DNA from: the human T2T-CHM13v2.0 reference genome, Homo sapiens
Assembly (NCBI RefSeq): GCF_009914755.1
Contig: NC_060940.1
Length of the DNA: 64,000 bases
Direction: 5' to 3' (one strand)
Made by a program: the position numbers and the translations under genes. Every line of letters begins with the position of its first letter. Position 1 is the first letter of the stretch. Below are positions 1 through 15,300 of this stretch, piece by piece. The notes under the pieces are model-generated. The model was not told where the DNA came from, did no database searches, and worked only from the letters and a program-made list of their open reading frames with translations.

Positions 1-3000
1 TTTGATAATGATTCTACTAGAGTCCATTCAATGACTCCATTCGTGTCCATTCAACAATTCCATTCGACTCCATTTGATGATTCCATTCGATTCCATTTGA
101 TGGTTCCATTCGAGTCCATTTAATCATTACAGTCGAGTCCATTTGGTGATTCCACCGGATTTCTTTTGATAATGATACCATACAATTAAATTTGATGATG
201 ATCCCATTCAATTTCATTTGATGATGATTCCATTAGAGTCCATTCGATGATTTCATTCGAGTCCCTTCACTGATTCCATCCGATTTCATTGGATGGTGAC
301 TCCATTCGAGTCCATTCGATGATTCCACTCGATTCCATTAGATGATTCCATTGGAGTCCATTTGATTGTTCCATTCGATTCCATTCGATTCCTTTCGAAG
401 ATTATTCCATTTGAGTCCATTCGATGATGATTCCATTCCATTCCATTCGATGATTCCGTTTGATTCCATTCAATGATTCCCTTCGATTCCTCTCTTTGAT
501 GATTCCATTCCATTCCATTCAATGATTCCATTCGAATCTATTCCATGATGATTCCTTTCGATTCCATTCGCTGATGTTTCCGTTCAATTCCATTCGATGA
601 TGATTCCATTCGATTCCATTCATTGAGGATTCCATTTGATTCCATTAAATGATGATTCCGTTCTATTCCATTCAATGATTGCATTCAATTCCATTCAATG
701 ATTATCCCCTTAGAGTAAACTCAACGATTCCATTCAATACCATTCGATGATGATTCCTTTTGAGTCCATTCAATGATTTCATTCAAGTCCATTTGATGAT
801 TCCTTTCAATTCCATTCTATGATGATTCCATTCGAGTCCATTCGATGATTCCATTCGATTGCATTCGATTATTCCATTATATTCCAGTCAACGATGATTC
901 CATTCGAGTCCATTCGATGATTCCATTAGAGTACATTTAATGATTGCTTTGTTTTCAATTCGAAGATGATTACATTGGATTCCATTCTATGATACCATTC
1001 GATTCCATTCAATGATGATTCCACTCAAATCCATTGGATGATTCCATTCGTGTCCATTCGGTGATTTCATTAGATTCCATTCGAGGATGATTCCATTCGA
1101 TTCCATTCGATGATTCCATTCAATTCCATTCGAGGATGATTCCATTCCAGTCCATATGATCATTCCATTTGATTTCATTCGATGATGATTCCATTCGATT
1201 CCATTCGATGATTCCATTCTATTCCATTCGATGATGATTCCATTCGAGTCCATTCGATGATTCCATTCGAGTCCATTTAATGATTCCATTGGGTTCAATT
1301 CAATGATGATTACATTGGATTCCGTTCTATGATTCCATTCAATTCCGTTCATTGACAATTTGATTCCATTCGATGATGATTCCATTTGAGTTCATTCGAT
1401 GATTCTATTCGATTCTCTTCGATGGTGATTCAATTCTATTATATTGGATGATTCCATTCGATTCCATTTGATGTTGATTCAATTCGATTCTATTCGATGA
1501 TGATTCCATTGGATTTCACTTGATGATTCTATTCGATTCCATTCAATGATGATTCACTTCTCGTCCATTGGATGATTCCATTTCATTCCATTCGATGATG
1601 ATTCCATTCGATTCCATTCGATGATTCCATTTGATTCCATGCGTCGGTGAGCAATTCGATTCAATTCCATGATGATTCTATTTGATTCAATTAGATGATG
1701 TTTCCATTCGAATCCATTCCATGATTATTCCATTGGAATCCATTCGGCGATGATTCCATATGAGTCAATTCAATGATGATTCCATATGGGTCCGTTCGAT
1801 GATAATTCCATTTGATTTCATTCGGTGCTTCTATTCAATTCCAGTCGATGATGATTCCGTTGGAGTCCATACGATGATTCCATTTGATTTCATTTGATGA
1901 TGATTCCATTCGATGATGATTACATTGGATTCCATTCTATGATTCCATTCAATTCCATTCGTTGATGATTCGATTCCATTCAATGATGATTCCATTTGAG
2001 TTCATTCGATGATTCTATTCGATTCCGTTCGATGGTGATTCAATTCTCTTATATTGGATGAATCCACTCGATTCCATTTGATGATTATTCCATTGGAGTC
2101 CACTTAGTGAATCCTTCAGATTCTACTCGAAGATGATTCCATTCAAGTCCATTCGATGATACCATTCAATTCCATTCGTTGATGCTTCCATTCAAGTGCA
2201 TTCGATGATATCATTCGATTCCATTTGATGATAATTCCATTTGATTCCATGCGATGATTCTATTCGATTCCATTCAATGATAATTCCATTCAGTTCAGTG
2301 ATTCCTCTGGACTCCATTTGATGATGATTCCATTCAATGATTCCATTCGATTCTATTCGAAAGTGATTCCATTTGAATCCATTTGATGATGATTCCATTA
2401 GATTCCATTTGATGATTCCATTCGATTCCATGCGACGATGATTCCATTCGATTCCATGTGATGATTCCATTCTATTCTATTCGATGATGATTCCATTCGA
2501 TTCCATTCGATGATGATTGGATTCGATTCCATTTGATGATATCATTTGATTCCATTCGTTAATGATTTCGATCAATTCCATTCGATGATTCCATTCGATT
2601 CCATTCGATGATGATTGGATTTGATTCCATTTGATGATTTCATTTGATTCCATTCGTTAATGATTTTGATCAATTCCATTCGATGATTCCATTCGATTCC
2701 ATTCGATAATGATTACATCCGAGTCCATTCGATGATTCCATTTGAGCCTGTTCGATAATTCCTTTTGAGTCCAACCAATGATTCCATTCATTTCCATTCA
2801 ATGATTCCATTCGAGTCCATTTGATCATTCCAGTAGGGTCCATTCGACGTTGATTCCATTGGAGTGCATTCGATGATTCCATTCGAGTCCATTTTAGGAT
2901 TTGATTCGAGTCCTTTCGATGATTCCATTCGATTCCACTCGATGATGATTTCATTCGAGTCCATTCGACACTTCCAATCGATTCCATTTGATGTTTCCAT

Positions 3001-6000
3001 TCGAGTCCAATTGATGATTCCATTCAATTCCATTCGATGATGATTCCGTACGATTCCATTCTGTGATGATTCCATGTGATTGCATTCAATGATGATTCCT
3101 TTAGATTGCATTCGATTGTGATTCATTTCGTCTTCATTCTATGGTTCCACAGGTTTCCATTCGTGTCCATTCCATTATTCCATTCTATTCCATTTGATGA
3201 TGATTCCATTCGATTCCATTCATTGGTGATTCCACTCAATTCCATTCAATGATTCCATTCCATTACTTTCAACAATGATTCCATTAGTTTCTATTCGGTG
3301 ATCCACTTGATTCCATTTGACGACGATTCCATTCGTGTCCATTCGATGATTCCATTTGATTCCATATGATGATGATTCCATTCGATTCCATACGATGATG
3401 ATTCCATTCGAGTCCATTCAATGGTGATTCCATTCAATTCCATTCGATGATTCCTTTCGATTCCATTCGATGATGATGGCATTCGATTCCTTTCAATCAT
3501 TCCCTTTGATTCCATTCAAAGGTGATTTCATTCAAGTCCATTCGATAATTGCATTCGATTCCATTCTATGATGATTCCATTCGAGTCCATTTGATGATTC
3601 CATTCAATTCAAGTCAATGATGATTCCATTCGATTCCATTCGATGATTCCATTGGATTCCATTCGATGATGATTCCATTCAAATCCATTCGATAATTCAA
3701 TTCAAGTCCATTCGATGATGATTAAAATCGAATCCATTCAAAGATTCCATTCAGTTCCATTCGATGATTCCCTTAGATTCCATTCGATGATTCCACTTGA
3801 TTTCATTTACGATGATTCCATTCGATTACATGTGATGATTCCATTCAATTCTATTCAATGCTGTTTCCATTTCTTTCCATTCGACCATGATTGCCTTTGA
3901 TTCCATTCAATGACTCCATTCGGTTCCTTTTGATGATGATTCCGTTCGATTCCATTTCATTATTCCATTTGATTCCATTGGATGAGTCCATTCGATTACA
4001 TTCGATGATTATTCCATTCGAGTGCATTAGATGATTCCATTCGAGTCCATTCGATGATTCCATTCGATTCCATTCGATGTTGATTCTGTTCAAATCCATT
4101 CGATGATTCCACTCGATTCCATTCGATGACTCCAGTTGATCCCATTCGATGATTTCCTTTGATTCCCTTTGATGATCATTCCATTTGATTCAATTCGGTG
4201 ATTTCATTTGATTCCATTCAGTGATGTTTCCATTCGACTCCATTCGATGATGATTCCATTCGACTCCATTCGATTATGATTTCATTCAATTCCATTCGAT
4301 AATGATTCCCTTCGAGTCCATTCGATGATTCCATTCGATTCCATTCAACGATGATTTGATTCGTGTCCATTCGATGATTCCATTTGATTCCACTTGATGA
4401 TGATTCCATTCGAGTCCATTTGATGATTCCATTCAATTCCATTCTCCGATGATTTCTTTTGAGCCCATTCAATGCTTCCACTCGATTCCATATGATGATG
4501 ACTCCATTCGATGAAATTCGATGATGATTCCATTCGCTTGCATTCGATGATGATTCCACTTGAGTCCATTAGAAGATTCTATTCAATTACATTCCATGAC
4601 GATTCCGTTCGAGTCCATTTGATGATTCCATTAGACTCCATTCGACGATGATTCCATTCGATGTTATTCGATGATTCCATTCGATCTCATTCGATGATGA
4701 TTCCATTCAACTCCATTCGATGTTTCCATTCGAGTTCATTCTATTATTCCATTAGATTCCATTCGATGATGATTCCATTCGATTCCATTTGATGATTGCA
4801 TTCTATTTCATTTGATGATGATTCCATTCGAGTCCACTCGATGATTCCATTCGAGTCCATTTAATGAATCCATTGGTTTCAATTCTATGATGATTACATT
4901 GGATTCCATTCGTTGATGATTTCATTCGGTTCCATTCAATGATGATTCCATTCAATTCCTTTCAATGTTTCCATTCAATTCCATACGATGATGATTCCAT
5001 TTGATTTGATTCGACAGTGAGCCATTCGATTCAATTCCATGATGATTCTATTTGATTCCATTGGTTGACATTTCCATTCGATTCCATTCGATGATGATTC
5101 CCTTTGATTCCATTCAAAGATGATTCCATTCTAGCCCATTCAATCATTCCATTCGAATCTATTCAATGATGATTCCATTCATGTCGATTTGGTGATTCCA
5201 TTTGACTTCATTTGATGATGATTCCTTTCAAGTTCATTAGATGATTCCATTCGATTCCATTTGATGATGATCCCATTCGAGTCCATTCAGTGATTCCACT
5301 CGTTTCCATTCCATGATGATTCCATTCCATTCCATGCAATGATTCCATTCGATTCCGTTTGATGATGATTTCATTCGAGTCCATTTGATGATTCCATTTG
5401 ATTCCATTCGATGATGATTCCATTCGAGTCCATTCGATGATTCTATTCGAATCCATTTGATGATTTCTTTTGATTATAGTTGGTGATGATTCCATTGGAG
5501 TCCATTCAATGATTCCATTCGATTCCAATCGATGGTGATTCCATTAGAGTCCATTTAATGATTCCATTTGATTCCAGTCTCTGATGATTACATTCGAGTC
5601 CATACGATGATTCCACTCAATTCCATATGATGATGATTCCATTCGATTCCATTCGATGATTCCATTCTATTCTATTCAATGGTGATTCCATTCGAGTACA
5701 TTAGATGATTCCATTCGATTCCATTCAATGATGATTCTATTTGTGTCCCTTAGATGATTCCACATGATTCCATTAGATGATGATACTATTTGAGCCCATC
5801 CAATGATTCCCTTCGATTCCATTCGATGAGGATTCCATTCGATTCAATTCATTGGTGATTCTATTCAATTCAATTCTTTGATTCCATTCCATTCCATTCG
5901 ACAATGATTCCATTCGATTTCTTTCGATGATTCCACTCGATTCCACTTGACATTGATTCCCTTCGATTCCATTCAATGATTCCATTTGATTCCAGTGGAT

Positions 6001-6210
6001 GATGATTGCCATCGATTCCATTTGATCACTCCATTCTATTCCACTTGATGATGATTACATTCGATTCCATTTGACGATTCCATCTGATTCTATTCGAGGA
6101 TTCCATTTGATTCCATTCGATGATGATTCCATTCGAGTCCATTCGATGATATCATTCGAATACATCCAATGATTCCATTCGAGTCCATTTGATGATTCCA
6201 TTTGATTCCA
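1..6210 (+). repeat. Higher-order unit 1 (6,210 bp = 6,112 + 98-bp internal duplication)
   Basis: Anchor TTTGATAATGATTCTACTAGAG at 1 and 6211 (unit phase is arbitrary); ORF offset to the next unit is 6210 before ~2600 and 6112 after. Confidence 0.93.
2515..2708 (+). repeat. Tandem 98-bp duplication within unit 1
   Basis: GATTGG...CGTTAATGATTT occurs at 2515 and 2613. Confidence 0.92.
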
Positions 6211-9200
6211 TTTGATAATGATTCTACTAGAGTCCATTCAATGACTCCATTGGAGTCCATTCAACAATTCCATTCGACTCCATTTGATGATTCCATTGGA
6301 TTCCATTTGATGATTCCATTCGAGTCCATTTAATCATTACAGTCGAGTCCATTTGGTGATTCCACCGGATTTCTTTTGATAATGATACCATTCAATTACA
6401 TTTGATGATGATCCCATTCAATTTCATTTGATGATGATTCCATTAGAGTCTATTCGATGATTTCATTCGAGTCCCTTCATTGATTCCATCCGATTTCATT
6501 GGATGATGACTCCATTCGAGTCCATTCGATGATTCCACTCGATTCCATTAGATGATTCCATTGGAGTCCATTTCATTGTTCCATTCGATTCCATTCGATT
6601 CCTTTCGAAGATTATTCCATTTGAGTCCATTCGATGATGATTCCATTCCATTCCATTCGATGATTCCGTTTGATTCCATTCGATGATTCCCTTCGATTCC
6701 TTTCTTTGATGATTCCATTCCATTCCATTCAATGATTCCATTCGAATCTATTTCATGATGATTCCTTTCGATTCCATTCGCTGATGTTTCCGTTCAATTC
6801 CATTCGATGATGATTCCATTCGATTCCATTCATTGAGGATTCCATTTGATTCCATTCAATGATGATTCCGTTCTATTCCATTCAATGATTGCATTCAATT
6901 CCATTCAGTGATTATCCCCTTAGAGTAAACTCAACGATTCCATTCAATACCATTCGATGATGATTCCTTTTGAGTCCATTCAATGATTTCATTCAAGTCC
7001 ATTTGATGATTCCTTTCAATTCCATTCTATGATGATTCCATTCGAGTCCATTCGATGATTCCATTCGATTGCATTTGATGATTACATTATATTCCAGTCA
7101 ACGATGATTCCATTCGAGTCCATTCGATGATTCCATTAGAGTACATTTAATGATTGCTTTGTTTTCAATTCGAAGATGATTACATTGGATTCCATTCTAT
7201 GATACCATTCGATTCCATTCAATGATGATTCCACTCAAATCCATTGGATGATTCCATTCGTGTCCATTCGGTGATTTCATTAGATTCCATTCGAGGATGA
7301 TTCCATTCGATTCCATTCGATGATTCCATTCAATTCCATTCGAGGATGATTCTATTCCAGTCCATATGATCATTCCATTTGATTTCATTCGATGATGATT
7401 CCATTCGATTCCATTCGATGATTCCATTCTATTCCATTCGATGATGATTCCATTCGAGTCCATTCGATGATTCCATTCGAGTCCATTTAATGATTCCATT
7501 GGGTTCAATTCAATGATGATTACATTGGATTCCGTTCTATGATTCCATTCAATTCCGTTCATTGACAATTTGATTCCATTCGATGATGATTCCATTTGAG
7601 TTCATTCGATGATTCTATTCGATTCTCTTCGATGGTGATTCAATTCTATTATATTGGATGATTCCATTCGATTCCATTTGATGTTGATTCAATTCGATTC
7701 TATTCGATGATGATTCCATTGGATTTCACTTGATGATTCTATTCGATTCCATTCAATGATGATTCACTTCTCGTCCATTGGATGATTCCATTTCATTCCA
7801 TTCGATGATGATTCCATTCGATTCCATTCGATGATTCCATTTGATTCCATGCGTTGGTGAGCAATTCGATTCAATTCCATGATGATTCTATTTGATTCAA
7901 TTAGATGATGTTTCCATTCGAATCCATTCCATGATTATTCCATTGGAATCCATTCGGCGATGATTCCATATGAGTCAATTCAATGATGATTCCATATGGG
8001 TCCGTTCGATGATAATTCCATTAGATTTCATTCGGTGCTTCTATTCAATTCCAGTCGATGATGATTCCGTTGGAGTCCATACGATGATTCCATTTGATTT
8101 CATTTGATGATGATTCCATTCGATGATGATTACATTGGATTCCATTCTATGATTCCATTCAATTCCATTCGTTGATGATTCGATTCCATTCAATGATGAT
8201 TCCATTTGAGTTCATTCGATGATTCTATTCGATTCCGTTCGATGGTGATTCAATTCTCTTATATTGGATGAATCCACTCGATTCCATTTGATGATTATTC
8301 CATTGGAGTCCACTTAGTGAATCCTTCAGATTCTACTCGAAGATGATTCCATTCAAGTCCATTCGATGATACCATTCAATTCCATTCGTTGATGCTTCCA
8401 TTCAAGTGCATTCGATGATATCATTCGATTCCATTTGATGATAATTCCATTTGATTCCATGCGATGATTCTATTCGATTCCATTCAATGATAATTCCATT
8501 CAGTTCAGTGATTCCTCTGGACTCCATTTGATGATGATTCCATTCAATGATTCCATTCGATTCTATTCGAAAGTGATTCCATTTGAATCCATTTGATGAT
8601 GATTCCATTAGATTCCATTTGATGATTCCATTCGATTCCATGCGACGATGATTCCATTCGATTCCATGTGATGATTCCATTCTATTCTATTCGATGATGA
8701 TTCCATTCGATTCCATTCGATGATGATTGGATTCGATTCCATTTGATGATATCATTTGATTCCATTCGTTAATGATTTCGATCAATTCCATTCGATGATT
8801 CCATTCGATTCCATTCGATAATGATTACATCCGTGTCCATTCAGTGATTCCATTTGAGCCTGTTCGATAATTCCATTTGAGTCCAACCAATGATTCCATT
8901 CATTTCCATTCAATGATTCCATTCGAGTCCATTTGATCATTCCGGTAGGGTCCATTCGATGTTGATTCCATTGGAGTGCATTCGATGATTCCATTCGAGT
9001 CCATTTTACGATTTGATTCGAGTCCTTTCGATGATTCCATTCGATTCCACTCGATGATGATTTCATTCGAGTCCATTCGACACTTCCAATCGATTCCATT
9101 TGATGTTTCCATTCGAGTCCAATTGATGATTCCATTCAATTCCATTCGATGATGATTCCGTACGATTCCATTCTGTGATGATTCCATGTGATTGCATTCA

Positions 9201-12200
9201 ATGATGATTCCTTTAGATTGCATTCGATTGTGATTCATTTCGTCTTCATTCTATGGTTCCACAGGTTTCCATTCGTGTCCATTCCATTATTCCATTCTAT
9301 TCCATTTGATGATGATTCCATTCGATTCCATTCATTGGTGATTCCACTCAATTCCATTCAATGATTCCATTCCATTTCTTTCAACAATGATTCCATTAGT
9401 TTCTAATCGATGATCCACTTGATTCCATTTGACGACGATTCCATTCTTGTCCATTCGATGATTCCATTTGATTCCATATGATGATGATTCCATTCGATTC
9501 CATACGATGATGATTCCATTCGAGTCCATTCAATGGTGATTCCATTCAATTCCATTCGATGATTCCTTTCGATTCCATTCGATGATGATGGCATTCGATT
9601 CCTTTCAATCATTCCCTTTGATTGCATTCAAAGGTGATTTCATTCAAGTCCATTCGATAATTGCATTCGATTCCATTCTATGATGATTCCATTCGAGTCC
9701 ATTTGATGATTCCATTCAATTCAAGTCAATGATGATTCCATTCGATTCCATTCGATGATTCCATTGGATTCCATTCGATGATGATTCCATTCAAATCCAT
9801 TCGATAATTCAATTCAAGTCCATTCGATGATGATTAAAATCGAATCCATTCAAAGATTCCATTCAGTTCCATTCGATGATTCCCTTAGATTCCATTCGAT
9901 GATTCCACTTGATTTCATTTACGATGATTCCATTCGATTCCATGTGATGATTCCATTCAATTCTATTCAATGCTGTTTCCATTTGATTCCATTCGACCAT
10001 GATTGCCTTTGATTCCATTCAATGACTCCATTCGGTTCCTTTTGATGATGATTCCGTTCGATTCCATTTCATTATTCCATTTGATTCCATTGGATGAGTC
10101 CATTCGATTACATTCGATGATTATTCCATTCGAGTGCATTAGATGATTCCATTCGAGTCCATTCGATGATTCCATTCGATTCCATTCGATGTTGATTCTG
10201 TTCAAATCCATTCGATGATTCCACTCGATTCCATTCGATGACTCCAGTTGATCCCATTCGATGATTTCCTTTGATTCCCTTTGATGATCATTCCATTTGA
10301 TTCAATTCGGTGATTTCATTTGATTCCATTCAGTGATGTTTCCATTCGACTCCATTCGATGATGATTCCATTCGACTCCATTCGATTATGATTTCATTCA
10401 ATTCCATTCGATAATGATTCCCTTCGAGTCCATTCGATGATTCCATTCGATTCCATTCAACGATGATTTGATTCGTGTCCATTCGATGATTCCATTTGAT
10501 TCCACTTGATGATGATTCCATTCGAGTCCATTTGATGATTCCATTCAATTCCATTCTCCGATGATTTCTTTTGAGCCCATTCAATGCTTCCACTCGATTC
10601 CATATGATGATGACTCCATTCGATGAAATTCGATGATGATTCCATTCGCTTGCATTCGATGATGATTCCACTTGAGTCCATTAGAAGATTCTATTCAATT
10701 ACATTCCATGACGATTCCGTTCGAGTCCATTTGATGATTCCATTAGACTCCATTCGACGATGATTCCATTCGATGTTATTCGATGATTCCATTCGATCTC
10801 ATTCGATGATGATTCCATTCAACTCCATTCGATGTTTCCATTCGAGTTCATTCTATTATTCCATTAGATTCCATTCGATGATGATTCCATTCGATTCCAT
10901 TTGATGATTGCATTCTATTTCATTTGATGATGATTCCATTCGAGTCCACTCGATGATTCCATTCGAGTCCATTTAATGAATCCATTGGTTTCAATTCTAT
11001 GATGATTACATTGGATTCCATTCGTTGATGATTTCATTCGGTTCCATTCAATGATGATTCAATTCAATTCCTTTCAATGTTTCCATTCAATTCCATACGA
11101 TGATGATTCCATTTGATTTGATTCGACAGTGAGCCATTCGATTCAATTCCATGATGATTCTATTTGATTCCATTGGTTGACATTTCCATTCGATTCCATT
11201 CGATGATGATTCCCTTTGATTCCATTCAAAGATGATTCCATTCTAGCCCATTCAATCATTCCATTCGAATCTATTCAATGATGATTCCATTCATGTCGAT
11301 TTCGTGATTCCATTTGACTTCATTTGATGATGATTCCTTTCAAGTTCATTAGATGATTCCATTCGATTCCATTTGATGATGATCCCATTCGAGTCCATTC
11401 AGTGATTCCACTCGTTTCCATTCCATGATGATTCCATTCCATTCCATGCAATGATTCCATTCGATTCCGTTTGATGATGATTTCATTCGAGTCCATTTGA
11501 TGATTCCATTTGATTCCATTCGATGATGATTCCATTCGAGTCCATTCGATGATTCTATTCGAATCCATTTGATGATTTCTTTTGATTATAGTTGGTGATG
11601 ATTCCATTGGAGTCCATTCAATGATTCCATTCGATTCCAATCGATGGTGATTCCATTAGAGTCCATTTAATGATTCCATTTGATTCCAGTCTCTGATGAT
11701 TACATTCGAGTCCATACGATGATTCCACTCAATTCCATATCATGATGATTCCATTCGATTCCATTCGATGATTCCATTCTATTCTATTCAATGGTGATTC
11801 CATTCGAGTACATTAGATGATTCCATTCGATTCCATTCAGTGATGATTCTATTTGTGTCCCTTAGATGATTCCACATGATTCCATTAGATGATGATACTA
11901 TTTGAGCCCATCCAATGATTCCCTTCGATTCCATTCGATGAGGATTCCATTCGATTCAATTCATTGGTGATTCTATTCAATTCAATTCTTTGATTCCATT
12001 CCATTCCATTCGACAATGATTCCATTCGATTTCTTTCGATGATTCCACTCGATTCCACTTGACATTGATTCCCTTCGATTCCATTCAATGATTCCATTTG
12101 ATTCCAGTGGATGATGATTGCCATCGATTCCATTTGATCACTCCATTCTATTCCACTTGATGATGATTACATTCGATTCCATTTGACGATTCCATCTGAT

Positions 12201-12322
12201 TCTATTCGAGGATTCCATTTGATTCCATTCGATGATGATTCCATTCGAGTCCATTCGATGATATCATTCGAGTACATCCAATGATTCCATTCGAGTCCAT
12301 TTGATGATTCCATTTGATTCCA
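6211..12322 (+). repeat. Higher-order unit 2 (6,112 bp, variant A)
   Basis: Anchors at 6211 and 12323; markers AGTCTATTCG, CCATTTCATTGTT, GCGTTGGTG, GATTGCATTCAAAGG, GTCGATTTCGTG. Confidence 0.93.
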
Positions 12323-15300
12323 TTTGATAATGATTCTACTAGAGTCCATTCAATGACTCCATTGGAGTCCATTCAACAATTCCATTCGACTCCATTTGAT
12401 GATTCCATTGGATTCCATTTGATGATTCCATTCGAGTCCATTTAATCATTACAGTCGAGTCCATTTGGTGATTCCACCGGATTTCTTTTGATAATGATAC
12501 CATTCAATTACATTTGATGATGATCCCATTCAATTTCATTTGATGATGATTCCATTAGAGTCCATTCGATGATTTCATTCGAGTCCCTTCATTGATTCCA
12601 TCCGATTTCATTGGATGATGACTCCATTCGAGTCCATTCGATGATTCCACTCGATTCCATTAGATGGTTCCATTGGAGTCCATTTGATTGTTCCATTCGA
12701 TTCCATTCGATTCCTTTCGAAGATTATTCCATTTGAGTCCATTCGATGATGATTCCATTCCATTCCATTCGATGATTCCGTTTGATTCCATTTGATGATT
12801 CCCTTCGATTCCTTTCTTTGATGATTCCATTCCATTCCATTCAATGATTCCATTCGAATCTATTCCATGATGATTCCTTTCGATTCCATTCGCTGATGTT
12901 TCCGTTCAATTCCATTCGATGATGATTCCATTCGATTCCATTCATTGAGGATTCCATTTGATTCCATTCAATGATGATTCCGTTCTATTCCATTCAATGA
13001 TTGCATTCAATTCCATTAAGTGATTATCCCCTTAGAGTAAACTCAACGATTCCATTCAATACCATTCGATGATGATTCCTTTTGAGTCCATTCAATGATT
13101 TCATTCAAGTCCATTTGATGATTCCTTTGAATTCCATTCTATGATGATTCCATTCGAGTCCATTCGATGATTCCATTCGATTGCATTCGATGATTCCATT
13201 ATATTCCAGTCAACGATGATTCCATTCGAGTCCATTCGATGATTCCATTAGAGTACATTTAATGATTGCTTTGTTTTCAATTCGAAGATGATTACATTGG
13301 ATTCCATTCTATGATACCATTCGATTCCATTCAATGATGATTCCACTCAAATCCATTGGATGATTCCATTCGTGTCCATTCGGTGATTTCATTAGATTCC
13401 ATTCGAGGATGATTCCATTCGATTCCATTCGATGATTCCATTCAATTCCGTTCGAGGATGATTCCATTCCAGTCCATATGATCATTCCATTTGATTTCAT
13501 TCGATGATGATTCCATTCGATTCCATTCGATGATTCCATTCTATTCCATTCGATGATGATTCCATTCGAGTCCATTCGATGATTCCATTCGAGTCCATTT
13601 AATGATTCCATTGGGTTCAATTCAATGATGATTACATTGGATTCCATTCTATGATTCCATTCAATTCCGTTCATTGACAATTTGATTCCATTCGATGATG
13701 ATTCCATTTGAGTTCATTCGATGATTCTATTCGATTCTCTTCGATGGTGATTCAATTCTATTATATTGGATGATTCCATTCGATTCCATTTGATGTTGAT
13801 TCAATTCGATTCTATTCGATGATGATTCCATTGGATTTCACTTGATGATTCTATTCGATTCCATTCAATGATGATTCACTTCTCGTCCATTGGATGATTC
13901 CATTTCATTCCATTCGATGATGATTCCATTCGATTCCATTCGATGATTCCATTTGATTCCATGCGTCGGTGAGCAATTCGATTCAATTCCATGATGATTC
14001 TATTTGATTCAATTAGATGATGTTTCCATTCGAATCCATTCCATGATTATTCCATTGGAATCCATTCGGCGATGATTCCATATGAGTCAATTCAATGATG
14101 ATTCCATATGGGTCCGTTCGATGATAATTCCATTTGATTTCATTCGGTGCTTCTATTCAATTCCAGTCGATGATGATTCCGTTGGAGTCCATACGATGAT
14201 TCCATTTGATTTCATTTGATGATGATTCCATTCGATGATGATTACATTGGATTCCATTCTATGATTCCATTCAATTCCATTCGTTGATGATTCGATTCCA
14301 TTCAATGATGATTCCATTTGAGTTCATTCGATGATTCTATTCGATTCCGTTCGATGGTGATTCAATTCTCTTATATTGGATGAATCCACTCGATTCCATT
14401 TGATGATTATTCCATTGGAGTCCACTTAGTGAATCCTTCAGATTCTACTCGAAGATGATTCCATTCAAGTCCATTCGATGATACCATTCAATTCCATTCG
14501 TTGATGCTTCCATTCAAGTGCATTCGATGATATCATTCGATTCCATTTGATGATAATTCCATTTGATTCCGTGCGATGATTCTATTCGATTCCATTCAAT
14601 GATAATTCCATTCAGTTCAGTGATTCCTCTGGACTCCATTTGATGATGATTCCATTCAATGATTCCATTCGATTCTATTCGAAAGTGATTCCATTTGAAT
14701 CCATTTGATGATGATTCCATTAGATTCCATTTGATGATTCCATTCGATTCCATGCGACGATGATTCCATTCGATTCCATGTGATGATTCCATTCTATTCT
14801 ATTCGATGATGATTCCATTCGATTCCATTCGATGATGATTGGATTCGATTCCATTTGATGATATCATTTGATTCCATTCGTTAATGATTTCGATCAATTC
14901 CATTCGATGATTCCATTCGATTCCATTCGATAATGATTACATCCGTGTCCATTCAGTGATTCCATTTGAGCCTGTTCGATAATTCCATTTGAGTCCAACC
15001 AATGATTCCATTCATTTCCATTCAATGATTCCATTCGAGTCCATTTGATCATTCCGGTAGGGTCCATTCGATGTTGATTCCATTGGAGTGCATTCGATGA
15101 TTCCATTCGAGTCCATTTTACGATTTGATTCGAGTCCTTTCGATGATTCCATTCGATTCCACTCGATGATGATTTCATTCGAGTCCATTCGACACTTCCA
15201 ATCGATTCCATTTGATGTTTCCATTCGATTCCAATTGATGATTCCATTCAATTCCATTCGATGATGATTCCGTAGGATTCCATTCTGTGATGATTCCATG

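Noticed and set aside
3715-3900. Recurrent plus-strand 61-aa ORF (MMIKIESIQRF...)
   Set aside because: Recurs only because the unit repeats; low-complexity satellite peptide, not called in the divergent copies 9a and 9b.
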